From: Bdellovibrionales bacterium
GTDB lineage: Bacteria; Bdellovibrionota; Bdellovibrionia; Bdellovibrionales; UBA1609
Assembly: GCA_050246815.1 (NCBI GenBank)
Contig: JBFWVI010000022.1
Coordinates: 1 to 50,029, forward strand
Reading direction: 5' to 3'
Length of the DNA stretch: 50,029 bases
The notes beneath the pieces were generated by a model. It worked only from the letters and a program-made list of their open reading frames with translations, did no database searches and was not told the DNA's origin. The translations under genes and the position numbers were made by a program. Below, piece after piece: positions 1 to 9,714 of this stretch (positions within the stretch are counted from its first letter, which is position 1; every line of letters begins with the position of its first letter).

Positions 1-317
1 AGTCGCCAAGACAAAGCGCCAATCAGCCTTGGTCTTGTCAAGCTTTCCGCAGGCCCATCGCCGGGGTTGTTTAGTCTTGAGTTTTTGTCGCCGCAGAATC
101 ACTTGAGTTTTCAGCATTGCACTCACTCGACACAATGACAGTCGAGTCCCTCGCGAGTTTAAAAAGCACGATCAATGCCAAAGCCTGAAGGCTTTAAGGC
201 AGAGCTTCACGCCCGACCGTGACTCGTTCACACGCCAAAGAGGTGACACTGGTCTTTCGCCCATCGATTCGAAAAGAGTTCGCGCCGATATATTGAAGGC
301 AACAAGGAAAAACACCT

Positions 318-827
318 GTGATTTTAAGGGCGTCCTTTTTCATTTTGATTTTCTGCGCCAGCTTCGCGCTGTGTCTTTTGACCGGCTGCGTATCAGTTTC
401 TATTGAGGGCAAAAAATCTCGCCGCAGCGAAAACTTAAGCTATCAAACGCCACTAGAACCATTTCAAAAAATTGCCGCTGAACAGGTTGATGTGGCCTGG
501 AAAAATCAAAAGACTGGCGCGATCATTAGCGTTGTCAGTGATTGTGGGTCCGATCTTGACCCTACTTTGGAAGCTCTGCGCAGCGAAATTTTGCAGGGCA
601 TAAGCAACGAAAATATCACGCGTGAAGATCGCATCACATTTCTAGGGCGCGCGGCTTTGCGTAGCTGGGTCAGCGGCAAAGTGGATGGCGTGGAAACAGC
701 CTTGGACCTGATGATTGTGAAGAAAGATGGCTGCTCGTATGTTTTCACCTTAGTGTCCACGCCCCCGCAAGTCGTCGCCGACCGCCCATTTTTTGAACGT
801 TTCTTGCAAGGAGTGCAAACGCGATGA
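318..827 (+). CDS. Lipoprotein, possibly DcrB/PsbP-like fold, first gene of the Mla operon
   Basis: Hydrophobic leader with LLTGC lipobox; ATGA overlap with mlaE; fold guess is inference. Confidence 0.7.
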   Translation: MILRASFFILIFCASFALCLLTGCVSVSIEGKKSRRSENLSYQTPLEPFQKIAAEQVDVAWKNQKTGAIISVVSDCGSDLDPTLEALRSEILQGISNENITREDRITFLGRAALRSWVSGKVDGVETALDLMIVKKDGCSYVFTLVSTPPQVVADRPFFERFLQGVQTR

Positions 828-1588
828 GCACGATGCATGACGTATTGCAATTATTTGGCGGCACCGCGCTTTTGGCCGGACAGGCTTTTCGCGAAAGTTT
901 TCGACGCCCCTTTTACATGCGCCTGGTCGGTCAGCAGGTCTATTTGATCGGTGTGGCCTCCATGCCCTTGGTGATTATCACGGCAGCCTCCACCGGAATG
1001 GTCATGGCACTACAGTTCGGCGTGGGCTTAGAAAAATTCGGCGGCGGCCTTTATGTTCCAAAAATTGTTTCGCTTTCGATTGTTCGCGAAATGGGTCCGG
1101 TGTTCACCTGTTTAATGCTTGCGGCTCGCGTCGGCGCTGGCATTGCCTCGGAACTTGGATCCATGACCGTCACGCAACAGATCGACGCCATTCGTGCTCT
1201 TGGCACTTCGCCAATCAAACGCATCGTGATTCCGCGCGTCCTGGGTTGCCTGATCGCCATTCCGTCCCTTGTGGCCATGGCGATCACCATCGGCATCCTA
1301 GGTGGTTTGATGGTGGGCACACAGGAACTCAATCTCACCGCCGACTTTTACCTGGAAAAAGTGTTTCACACCGTCACCGCCACCGATTACTTGGCGGGCC
1401 TGGGAAAAACTCCGTTTTTTGCCTTGTTCATCGCCCTTAGCGCTACGTTTTTTGGCATGAACGTCAAAAGCGGAACTCAAGGAGTCGGCATCGCCACCAC
1501 GAAGGCCGTGGTTTCCAGTTCGATTTTAATTTTGGTGGGCGACTATTTTTTAACTAAACTTTTTTTGGTGTTTGAACAATGGCTGTGA
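824..1588 (+). CDS. mlaE: MlaE-family ABC permease
   Basis: VREMGPV, AARVGAGIASELGSM..TQQIDA and GVGIATTKAVV motifs. Confidence 0.93.
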   Translation: MSTMHDVLQLFGGTALLAGQAFRESFRRPFYMRLVGQQVYLIGVASMPLVIITAASTGMVMALQFGVGLEKFGGGLYVPKIVSLSIVREMGPVFTCLMLAARVGAGIASELGSMTVTQQIDAIRALGTSPIKRIVIPRVLGCLIAIPSLVAMAITIGILGGLMVGTQELNLTADFYLEKVFHTVTATDYLAGLGKTPFFALFIALSATFFGMNVKSGTQGVGIATTKAVVSSSILILVGDYFLTKLFLVFEQWL

Positions 1589-2310
1589 TCGAAGTTCGAA
1601 AATTTGCCAAAAAATTCGGTCAAAAGCTCGTTCACAAAAACGTGAACTTTTCTGTTCATCGCGGCGAGTGTTTGGGACTTATCGGCGGCTCTGGTGTTGG
1701 AAAATCTGTGGTTTTACGTAGCCTTATTGGACTGGAAAAACCGGATCAAGGAGAAATTCTGATCGAAGGCCAGTCAATCATCGGCTTAAGCGAAAACGAT
1801 TTGGTTCCTATTCGTCGTAAAGTTGCCTACGTTTTTCAAAATGGGGCCCTATTTGATTCGATGAGCGTATTTGAAAATCTGGCCTACCCGCTGCGTGAAC
1901 ATACCAAAATGACCCTTTCTGAAATTCGCGAAAAAGTCCGTGAACAGTTGGATGACTGGGGTTTGGGCGGCAGCGAAAAGCTGTTTCCTTCGGAGCTTTC
2001 GGGTGGCATGCAAAAGCGGGTGGGTCTGCTGCGCTCGACAATTCTTAATCCCGAAGTGATCTTGTACGACGAACCCACAGCAGGTTTGGACCCTTACAAC
2101 ACCATCAAAATTCAAGAAACGGTTTTGCGTCTAAAAAAACGCGGCGTGACCTCAATCATCGTGACCCACGACATGCCCACCGCCTTTGCCGTGTGCGACC
2201 GCATGTGCCTGCTCGCCAACGGCGAAGTGGGCGCCGTCGGTACGGTGGACGAATTGCAAAATGACCGCAACGGGCCGCTTCGCCGCTTCACCAGCGGAAT
2301 GGAGGAATAA
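1579..2310 (+). CDS. mlaF: MlaF-family ABC ATPase
   Basis: Walker A GGSGVGKS, FQNGALFDS, LSGGMQKR, YDEPTAGLDP. Confidence 0.93.
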   Translation: MAVIEVRKFAKKFGQKLVHKNVNFSVHRGECLGLIGGSGVGKSVVLRSLIGLEKPDQGEILIEGQSIIGLSENDLVPIRRKVAYVFQNGALFDSMSVFENLAYPLREHTKMTLSEIREKVREQLDDWGLGGSEKLFPSELSGGMQKRVGLLRSTILNPEVILYDEPTAGLDPYNTIKIQETVLRLKKRGVTSIIVTHDMPTAFAVCDRMCLLANGEVGAVGTVDELQNDRNGPLRRFTSGMEE

Positions 2311-3122
2311 TGGATTTCACCTTAGACCAACAAATTAAAGCTGGCATCTTTGTGGCCGTTGGCGTGGTCATTGTGGCCTTGTCGATTTTATTTTTGGGCG
2401 ACGACAAGCTGTCCTTAACCGGCACATATGAGTTGCGTGTCCAACTGAAGCAGGTCCAGGGCCTGAGCCCAGGCAGCCAGGTCGCGCTTTCGGGTCTTCG
2501 GATCGGCCGCATTGATTCCATTCACTTTGCGAAGGACACCTCTGACTTGATTGCCACTCTCGAAATCGACAAACAGCACCAAAAGCGCGTTACCCAGGGG
2601 GCCATCGCGGGCGTCAAAACCCTGGGCGCTTTGGGCGATAAATATATTTACATTACCCCCGGCCCCAAAGACGCGGCCGTGCTGCAAGACGGCGAAATGC
2701 TTGATAGTGACGGCGGCGAAGACTTTTTGGACATGATCGCCAAAAAAAGCACCGACCTCACCAATGTGGTCGATGTGGTGAACGAGTTGAACGCTCTTTT
2801 GAAAAACCTGAATCAAGACGGCCGCAGCCGCGTGATGATGGACAATATGATCACCGCCTCGGCCCAATTCAAGGCCCTGATGAGCGACGCCCGCGAAAGC
2901 CTAAACAAAGATAAGATGCGTGAATTGGTTGCTCACATGTCAAACATCATGGCCAAGCTGGACAAGGGCGATGGCAGCCTGGGTGCCCTGATCAACGATC
3001 CCACCCTGCATCAACGCCTGACCAGTCTTTTGGGAGAATCCCCACGAAGACAGTTCCTAAAACCATTGATTCGTGAAACGATTATTCATCAAGAAAAGGG
3101 CACCAAGGGGGTTGTGAAGTGA
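2310..3122 (+). CDS. mlaD: MCE/MlaD-family protein
   Basis: N-terminal TM, GLSPGSQV..SGLRIGRI, LGDKYI, helical tail ending in GSLGALIND. Confidence 0.9.
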   Translation: MDFTLDQQIKAGIFVAVGVVIVALSILFLGDDKLSLTGTYELRVQLKQVQGLSPGSQVALSGLRIGRIDSIHFAKDTSDLIATLEIDKQHQKRVTQGAIAGVKTLGALGDKYIYITPGPKDAAVLQDGEMLDSDGGEDFLDMIAKKSTDLTNVVDVVNELNALLKNLNQDGRSRVMMDNMITASAQFKALMSDARESLNKDKMRELVAHMSNIMAKLDKGDGSLGALINDPTLHQRLTSLLGESPRRQFLKPLIRETIIHQEKGTKGVVK

Positions 3123-4006
3123 ACGAGCGGGCCGCGATCTACGGATTGCTGCTGGGGCTGATCTGGCCCGCATCGCAGTTGACCGTCCATCACGACCGAC
3201 CCTTCGCTTGGACGGCTCCCAAGTCCTATTATTTGGGCGATGCTGTTTTAATCCCTCACCTACCCAGCCTGCAAGAGGTTCGCCTCAGCGGACGGCGCAT
3301 GAGTTTTTTGCCCAAACAGCAGATGTGGTTGGGCGTTGCACCCCAAGGCCAAGTGGCTTTGACTTTTTTCTGGCAGCCCGATGAATCTTGGGCACGCGGA
3401 TGGCTGAGCCCTGACAAAATAGAATTTTCTGAAAAGGTCATCCCTACCCAAAGTGCCCGGCTGGACACCGCCGGTGAATTGCGTTTGCCCGCCTCAGTTT
3501 GGAAAAAGGTCAACGACCTTCAAAACGAACAACGCGCACGCGATCGACAAACATTAAGCCAAATCATGAACGACTTTTCTGGGGAACTTGAAACCAGCTG
3601 CTGGCAAACCCCATTAAAAAGCCGAATCACTTCAAACTTCGGCTCGCCTCGCCGACTGCCCAACGGTCACGCCTACTTTCACGGCGGTGAAGACCGTCGG
3701 GCGGCTGTGGGTACGCCCGTCATGGCCGCAGGCGCAGGCCAGGTCGCGTTCGCAGGAGAGATGGTGGTCCCGGGAGTCAACGTGGTCATTCGCCACGGCG
3801 GTGGCTGGTTCACGCGCTATTTGCATTTTTCAAAAACCGCGATTGAAACTGGCCATGAAGTGAAAGCCGGTCAAAAGATCGGCTTTTCCGGCGCTAGCGG
3901 CCGGGTTGAGGCTCCCCATCTTCATTGGGAGATTGTTTGGCAAGGAATTGTCGCAGACCCGGGTCGCTTTCTTCAAGCGTGGGCACGTCTTTGCGATCCA
4001 ACGTAA
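3119..4006 (+). CDS. M23 family metallopeptidase
   Basis: ITSNFG, HGGED (HxxxD), YLH and PHLHWE zinc motifs. Confidence 0.88.
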   Translation: MNERAAIYGLLLGLIWPASQLTVHHDRPFAWTAPKSYYLGDAVLIPHLPSLQEVRLSGRRMSFLPKQQMWLGVAPQGQVALTFFWQPDESWARGWLSPDKIEFSEKVIPTQSARLDTAGELRLPASVWKKVNDLQNEQRARDRQTLSQIMNDFSGELETSCWQTPLKSRITSNFGSPRRLPNGHAYFHGGEDRRAAVGTPVMAAGAGQVAFAGEMVVPGVNVVIRHGGGWFTRYLHFSKTAIETGHEVKAGQKIGFSGASGRVEAPHLHWEIVWQGIVADPGRFLQAWARLCDPT

Positions 4007-4307
4007 GCCTCACATTGGTCACCCATTTAAATCCGACAAACTGATTGATTTTGTGTTTGATTAAATCGCGCCCGTAGTTGAGCTCTTGCATGTGGGCCGC
4101 AGTCTTAACCCAGACCACCAAAACGCCTTTTTGAAACCCCACTGGAGTAGAATACGCGCCAATATTGGGGCCGACCAGATCCGCCCAGCAGCTCCATAGG
4201 CGCCAACGCAAAAACTGATCCGACAAAGGCGATTCTCCACGGGCAAAGATAGTCTGCAGAACGTTTGACACGGGCTGTAATTTTTGGTCTTTGTTGCGGC
4301 CTGACAT
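3894..4307 (-). CDS. DUF721/DciA-family protein
   Basis: W..LVG..I...STP....GVLVVWV..AAHMQEL......I..KIN pattern; ATG at 4307 chosen to avoid overlap with trmFO. Confidence 0.78.
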   Translation of the reverse strand: MSGRNKDQKLQPVSNVLQTIFARGESPLSDQFLRWRLWSCWADLVGPNIGAYSTPVGFQKGVLVVWVKTAAHMQELNYGRDLIKHKINQFVGFKWVTNVRLTLDRKDVPTLEESDPGLRQFLAKQSPNEDGEPQPGR

Positions 4308-4322
4308 TGGAGTCAAATTAGC

Positions 4323-5696
4323 ATGGGCGTTTCCAAAACAACAGTGCATATCGTGGGGGCTGGACTGGCGGGCTCTGAATGCGCCTGGCAATTGGCTGAA
4401 AAAGGCCACCGGGTGAAGCTTTATGAAATGCGCGGCCGCACCATGACTCCAGCCCATAAAACCGCTGATTTCGCGGAGTTGGTCTGCTCGAACTCCTTTG
4501 GCTCTGAAACCGATTACTCCGCCCCGGGGCAATTAAAGTGGGAGGCCCGCCAATTGGGCTCGCTTATTTTGCAGTCGGCCGAAGCCTCCAAGATCCCCGC
4601 CGGCATGGCATTAGGCGTGGACCGGGTGCGCTTCGCGGCAGAAATCACAGCCAAAATTCGCAATCACCCACTGATTGAGATTGTGGAAGAAGTCGTGGAC
4701 AACTTGGATGATGTGCCTCGCCCCACCGTGATTGCCACAGGACCGCTGACCCATGACCGCCTGGCCGAAAGTATGCGGGAACATTTTGATTCTGAATTTA
4801 TGTATTTCTTCGACGCGATTGCGCCCGTGATCGAAACCGACAGCATCAACGATTTTGTGGCGTTTAAAGCCGATCGCTTCAACCGCGGTAACAAAGACTA
4901 TTACAACTGCGGCATGGAGCGTGATCAGTACTACGTCTTCATCGAAGAAATCCAAAAAGCACGCAAGATCGAACCCAAAGAATTCGAAAAGAACACGCCT
5001 TACTTTGAGGGCTGCATGCCGATTGAAGCGATGATCGAACGTGGTATTGAAACACCGCGCTTTGGCCCCATGTCGCCCAAAGGAATTCGCAATCCTAAGA
5101 ATGATCGGGGCTACTTCGCGGTGGTGCAGCTGCGCCAAGAAAACAAAGAGGGCACCGCCTACAACATGGTCGGCTTTCAAACCAAAATGGCTTATGGTGA
5201 ACAGCAACGCATTTTCAGGATGATTCCGGGGTTAGAGAACGCCGAGTTTTTAAAACTTGGCAGCATGCATCGCAATTTGTACATTCAATCGCCTAAAAAA
5301 CTGACGCCCTTTCTGCAAAGCCGCAAAGACGAATGGCTGTTTTTCGCTGGCCAAATCACCGGTGTCGAAGGTTATTTCGATTCAACCTGCATTGGCCTGC
5401 AGGTGGCGCGATTTTTGGATGACAAGTTGAACGACCGTCCGATGTCGAAGCCCCCGCGCGAAACCGCCTTTGGTTCTTTACTGAATGCGATCACCGAGGA
5501 CTTTGAACACTTCCAGCCCACCAACATCAACTTCAGTTTATTCCCGAACTTGGTCGACCCACGCATTCGCCACAAGAGCGACAAACAGCTGAAAAAAGAA
5601 TTGCAACTAGAGCGTGCCAAGCGCGCGATGCTGGAATACCTGGGGCGGCCGCAGGATTTGCGGGAATCTACTGACCGGCAGTCCGCACGAGCCTGA
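4323..5696 (+). CDS. trmFO: Folate/FAD-dependent tRNA U54 methyltransferase
   Basis: GAGLAGSECAWQLA, AELVCSNS, YFEGCMPIE, FGPMSPKG, MHRN, AGQITGVEGY. Confidence 0.96.
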   Translation: MGVSKTTVHIVGAGLAGSECAWQLAEKGHRVKLYEMRGRTMTPAHKTADFAELVCSNSFGSETDYSAPGQLKWEARQLGSLILQSAEASKIPAGMALGVDRVRFAAEITAKIRNHPLIEIVEEVVDNLDDVPRPTVIATGPLTHDRLAESMREHFDSEFMYFFDAIAPVIETDSINDFVAFKADRFNRGNKDYYNCGMERDQYYVFIEEIQKARKIEPKEFEKNTPYFEGCMPIEAMIERGIETPRFGPMSPKGIRNPKNDRGYFAVVQLRQENKEGTAYNMVGFQTKMAYGEQQRIFRMIPGLENAEFLKLGSMHRNLYIQSPKKLTPFLQSRKDEWLFFAGQITGVEGYFDSTCIGLQVARFLDDKLNDRPMSKPPRETAFGSLLNAITEDFEHFQPTNINFSLFPNLVDPRIRHKSDKQLKKELQLERAKRAMLEYLGRPQDLRESTDRQSARA

Positions 5697-5782
5697 CAGG
5701 CCCCTCACATATTACAAATTTTTAGTTGTCATCACCACCCCCTTAAGCCATCCTCGGTATTCGTTCTGAGGGGGAATTTCAG

Positions 5783-7600
5783 ATGAGAACAGTCCGTTTT
5801 GTTTTAGTTGTATTTTTGTTTATTGCGACCTTCGCGCACGCCACCACAAAAACAACGCCCACAGCGCCAGCCACCGCCGAAGAGACCACAAAAACCACGG
5901 CCGCCCTGAATAAGCTTGTTGATAACTACACCTTGGCCGTAAAAAAATTGGACCCCTTTTGGTCGCCCTACCTAGACTACGAAGAGGGTTACGATCAGTT
6001 TGGCGATTACCCCAGCGCCGAGTACAAACAGCGCGCCTTTGAACTGAACAAAATGACTCTGGCCGAAGTGCGTCAGATCAATCCCGCCCACTTGCCCGAA
6101 AAGGACTTGCGCACCTACAAACTTTTTCGCGGCAGCCTTGAAATGGAAGAGTCTGGCTTTCAGTTCCCCTGGTTTTATTTGGATTTCAACCAAATGGGCA
6201 ACCGCATGCGCAGTTATTTGGATGACTCCAGCCCTGCCGTAGGCAGCTTTCCCTTCACCAAACTGAAGTACTTCGATGCTTGGGTAAAACGAAGCGAGGG
6301 CTTTTTACCCTACGTGGATCGACACATTGGCTTTATGCGCGAGGGCGTTAAAAATAAATACGTGCTTAACTGCGTGATCGCGAAAAAGGCCTTAAATACA
6401 ATTCAAGATGGCCTTGAGCCCGTGGTTGAAAAACATCCCTTCTACCGGCCCCTGGCCCAGCTACCAAAAGACATCAAGAGCAAAGATCGCGAGCGCATCA
6501 CTGCGGACTTCAAGATGATGATCCAAAATCGCATTCAGCCCGGCTTTCGCAAATTCAATGATTTTTTTACAGTTGAATATATGCCCCATTGCCGCAAAAC
6601 CTATGGCATTGGTGCCTTACCGCGCGGAAAAGAAATCTACAGGCGCGCCATCTATGCCAGCACGGGCCTTAAACTATCCGCCGATGAAATTCATAAAATC
6701 GGCTTGAAAGAAGTCGCCCGCATCCGCGGTGAAATTGACGTCATCAAAAAGAACCTCGGGTTCAAAGGCACTTTGAGCCAGTTCTTCGCCAGCCGCCGCG
6801 CCAATCCATCTCTTTTTTATTCGAACAAAGAGGAGCAACTGCGCGCATACGGAGAGTTGAAGTCCAAAATTGACACCTTATTGCCGAAGTACTTCAATAA
6901 AATTCCTGTGTCGGATTATAAAATCGTCGAAGGCGAAAATCCCGAAGACGCCGCAGCTCGCTACTATCCCGTCACCGACTCGATTCCCTATGGCCGCTTT
7001 GTGGTGAACACACTCAACCTCAAGTCCATTGGCAAAGGTAGTGCCACAACGCTCTCGATGCATGAAGCCAACCCAGGCCATCACTTACAAGGTGCCTTGC
7101 AGTACGAAATGAAGGCCGAGTTAAGTGAGTATCAACGCCGCATCTTCGACTCTAACGCCTTTGTCGAAGGCTGGGCGCTTTACGCCGAATATCTGGGCCG
7201 CGAAATGGGTCTTTTCGGCGACCAAGAGCAGATGCTGGGCCATCTAAGTGAAGAGCTGTGGCGTGCGGTTCGCCTTGTTGTCGACACCGGCATTCACGCA
7301 AAAAACTGGAGCCGCGAGAAAACCATCAAGTACATGAGCGAAAATATGGCTGCGGATTTAAGCGCCATCGAGACTGAAGCCGACCGCTACTCGGTGTGGC
7401 CGGGCCAAGCCCTGGGCTACAAAATCGGCCAGCTTAAAATCTTAGAGCTTCGTCGCAAGGCCGAAAAAACCCTGGGCTCCAAGTTCAATATTCGCGACTT
7501 CCATACCGCCGTCATCGGCCACGGAACAGTCTCGCTGCCTGTTCTGGAAGAGCAAGTGAACAGCTGGATCAAGCGCGTGGCTGAAAGTAAAACGCTCTAA
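5783..7600 (+). CDS. Secreted DUF885 family protein (metallopeptidase-like)
   Basis: Signal peptide; HEANPGHH, EGWALYAE, RLVVDTGIH, PGQALGYKIG. Confidence 0.9.
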   Translation: MRTVRFVLVVFLFIATFAHATTKTTPTAPATAEETTKTTAALNKLVDNYTLAVKKLDPFWSPYLDYEEGYDQFGDYPSAEYKQRAFELNKMTLAEVRQINPAHLPEKDLRTYKLFRGSLEMEESGFQFPWFYLDFNQMGNRMRSYLDDSSPAVGSFPFTKLKYFDAWVKRSEGFLPYVDRHIGFMREGVKNKYVLNCVIAKKALNTIQDGLEPVVEKHPFYRPLAQLPKDIKSKDRERITADFKMMIQNRIQPGFRKFNDFFTVEYMPHCRKTYGIGALPRGKEIYRRAIYASTGLKLSADEIHKIGLKEVARIRGEIDVIKKNLGFKGTLSQFFASRRANPSLFYSNKEEQLRAYGELKSKIDTLLPKYFNKIPVSDYKIVEGENPEDAAARYYPVTDSIPYGRFVVNTLNLKSIGKGSATTLSMHEANPGHHLQGALQYEMKAELSEYQRRIFDSNAFVEGWALYAEYLGREMGLFGDQEQMLGHLSEELWRAVRLVVDTGIHAKNWSREKTIKYMSENMAADLSAIETEADRYSVWPGQALGYKIGQLKILELRRKAEKTLGSKFNIRDFHTAVIGHGTVSLPVLEEQVNSWIKRVAESKTL

Positions 7601-8523
7601 AGAATTGAAAACACCGTTGAAAGATTAAACGTGGTCGACCGGGTGAACGCTTCACCCGGATAACTGGAAAGATATGGCGCCACATAAATATCGCGGCCCG
7701 CCGCGTACGAAATGCCCAAGCGCGCCGAAGGCGTGCGGCGCCATAAAGCCCCTTTGTCGTCCAGCAGCCGCGGATTGTAAAACGACAAGGCATACGACGT
7801 AAACATGCTGACGCGATCACTAAAATTGTATTTAAGGCCCGGGAACAATCCCAAAGAGTACTCTTGCGCCTTGCCATCCCCACCACGGCTGATAGGCCCC
7901 GGAATGTACGAACGCTTATAAATCCACCACGAAAAATTGCCATCCAGGCTTAAAGCAAAGCGGCTACCGGGAATATTCCAAACAGTGGATTGATCTAACG
8001 TCAACCCACCAACCTCGCCGGTGGTGGTGAAGTTCGGAACCGTGGCAATCATAAACCCTGGTGACGTGCGCATCTGCAATTGTCCGAGGCGTATCGAACG
8101 ATCATAGCTCATGAATGGATTGTTCACGTCGGTGCGATCCCAGCCGTGAAAGGGATGATTCACCGCCAAGCCCGTGCCCGCGCTGACGGTCGACACTGAA
8201 CTGATGCGATAACGAAGCATGGCCGAACCCTTTAAGGCCTGGGCATAACTGCCCACCGAACCATCGGGATTGGGCTGATCGGCGGCCGACCAATCGTGCA
8301 ACGTGGGTCCAAAATACGAGACATTGCCTTTCATGCTGTAACGGGAAAGTGAGCCGTCATCCGCGCGCAGCTTTGAATCGGTCAGCGTGTGGGTCTCTTC
8401 AAATTTTTTATTCTGCAGTAAACTTTTTGTGGAAGTTGAAGTCGTCGAATCCGACTCCTGTGCACGTGACTGAAATGAAATGGTCGTCGCGACCAGGACC
8501 CCAAGAACAAATTTGATTGTCAT
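7597..8523 (-). CDS. Probable outer-membrane beta-barrel protein
   Basis: Signal peptide ending SRA-QE; alternating amphipathic, aromatic-rich strands; ends FNLSTVFSIL. Confidence 0.6.
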   Translation of the reverse strand: MTIKFVLGVLVATTISFQSRAQESDSTTSTSTKSLLQNKKFEETHTLTDSKLRADDGSLSRYSMKGNVSYFGPTLHDWSAADQPNPDGSVGSYAQALKGSAMLRYRISSVSTVSAGTGLAVNHPFHGWDRTDVNNPFMSYDRSIRLGQLQMRTSPGFMIATVPNFTTTGEVGGLTLDQSTVWNIPGSRFALSLDGNFSWWIYKRSYIPGPISRGGDGKAQEYSLGLFPGLKYNFSDRVSMFTSYALSFYNPRLLDDKGALWRRTPSARLGISYAAGRDIYVAPYLSSYPGEAFTRSTTFNLSTVFSIL

Positions 8524-8789
8524 ACCCCACCCACCAGAAACTCTTATAGCCAGCGGCAAGTGTTTTAAAAATCAAAATCGCAAAATTGTCACAATTCTAA
8601 CAAGGATGTGGATCACCTGAGCCAAGCTCGAACTCAGCTCAGCGCGTAAATTCACTGTATAGGAAGGTGAACACACCTAACAAGGACGCCACCAGTTCGC
8701 GAATAATTGAACGAAAAGACAAAAAATTTATTTTCCAATGAAATTTTTGCGACTAGCGTGATGAGGGCTCGTTTCCTTGGGGAGGGAAA

Positions 8790-9257
8790 ATGCTAAAATT
8801 GATCGTGACGATTCTTGCTCTGTTGTCCACCACCGCATTCGCCGATGGAAGCTACAGCGGCACTTGGCGCGGCAAAAGCTATCAAGCCAGCATCTCGGAA
8901 ACCTTCGATTATGTACGCGGCCATTGGGGCGAAGAGCAGTTCGATTTTTCAGTGAGTGAAACCTTTCAATACGTGCGTGGCCAATTGCCCGGCGGGCACG
9001 TGGACATTACGGTGTCGAAAACCTTCAGCTATGTGCGCGGCAATCTGCCCTGCGGTCACACCGATTTTTCTTACTCAACCACCTTCAAATACATTCGCGG
9101 TCAGCTTTGCGGCGAAAGTTTTGAAATCAATGTGACCGACGAAGAAGAAGTGGTGGCCACCGCTCGCGCCGTTTTGTTTGAAGAACTGATGGCCGACTTC
9201 CCGATGCCCTTGCGTGGAGTGATCCGTCACTTTATCCGCTCGAAGCTTGAGTTTTAA
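8790..9257 (+). CDS. Secreted protein with four ~20-aa SxTFxY(V/I)RG repeats
   Basis: GGAGGG RBS; signal peptide ending AFA-D; internal repeats. Confidence 0.8.
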   Translation: MLKLIVTILALLSTTAFADGSYSGTWRGKSYQASISETFDYVRGHWGEEQFDFSVSETFQYVRGQLPGGHVDITVSKTFSYVRGNLPCGHTDFSYSTTFKYIRGQLCGESFEINVTDEEEVVATARAVLFEELMADFPMPLRGVIRHFIRSKLEF

Positions 9258-9300
9258 CAAACACTTGCTTTGCCAAGTGGCGGTTGCATAAACTTTGTTC

Positions 9301-9402
9301 ATGATGACTAAAAAGAAACAAACCCTATGGCTTTGGCTGCTTTCACCTTTTTTATTAATGGCCTGTGCTCAAGAAAGTCCGGTTGAAAACTTCGCACGAT
9401 AG
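9301..9402 (+). CDS. Candidate 33-aa lipopeptide or truncated lipoprotein
   Basis: Manual translation MMTKKKQTLWLWLLSPFLLMACAQESPVENFAR*; basic n-region, h-region, LMAC lipobox. Confidence 0.45.
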   Translation: MMTKKKQTLWLWLLSPFLLMACAQESPVENFAR

Positions 9403-9714
9403 GCAAGTTTGAAAGTTTGCCTTTGCATTCGAGATCGTTTGCCCAGCCCCTTCATGGTAAAGTTTCCGGCTGGTGAAAATTAGGCCTCATTACTGGTTTT
9501 ATGCTTTTTTAAGTCGAATAAGAACGGCAAGGGCACTTGATTTTCAGCAATCAGAAACTTCGGCGTTAAGGGAGCGTGACTGGCTGATCAAAGCGAGTCT
9601 ATGCCAAAAACATACATTCGATCTCGGCAAGCGATGGTGTGTTGATCGTCTGACAGCTTTTTGTAGGCATCACGGCTCATTGTCATAATCCGCGAGTCCT
9701 TATGCTCCACAAGT

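Noticed and set aside
9473..9688. 71-aa ORF downstream of glmS
   Set aside because: No RBS, motif or coding-like composition.
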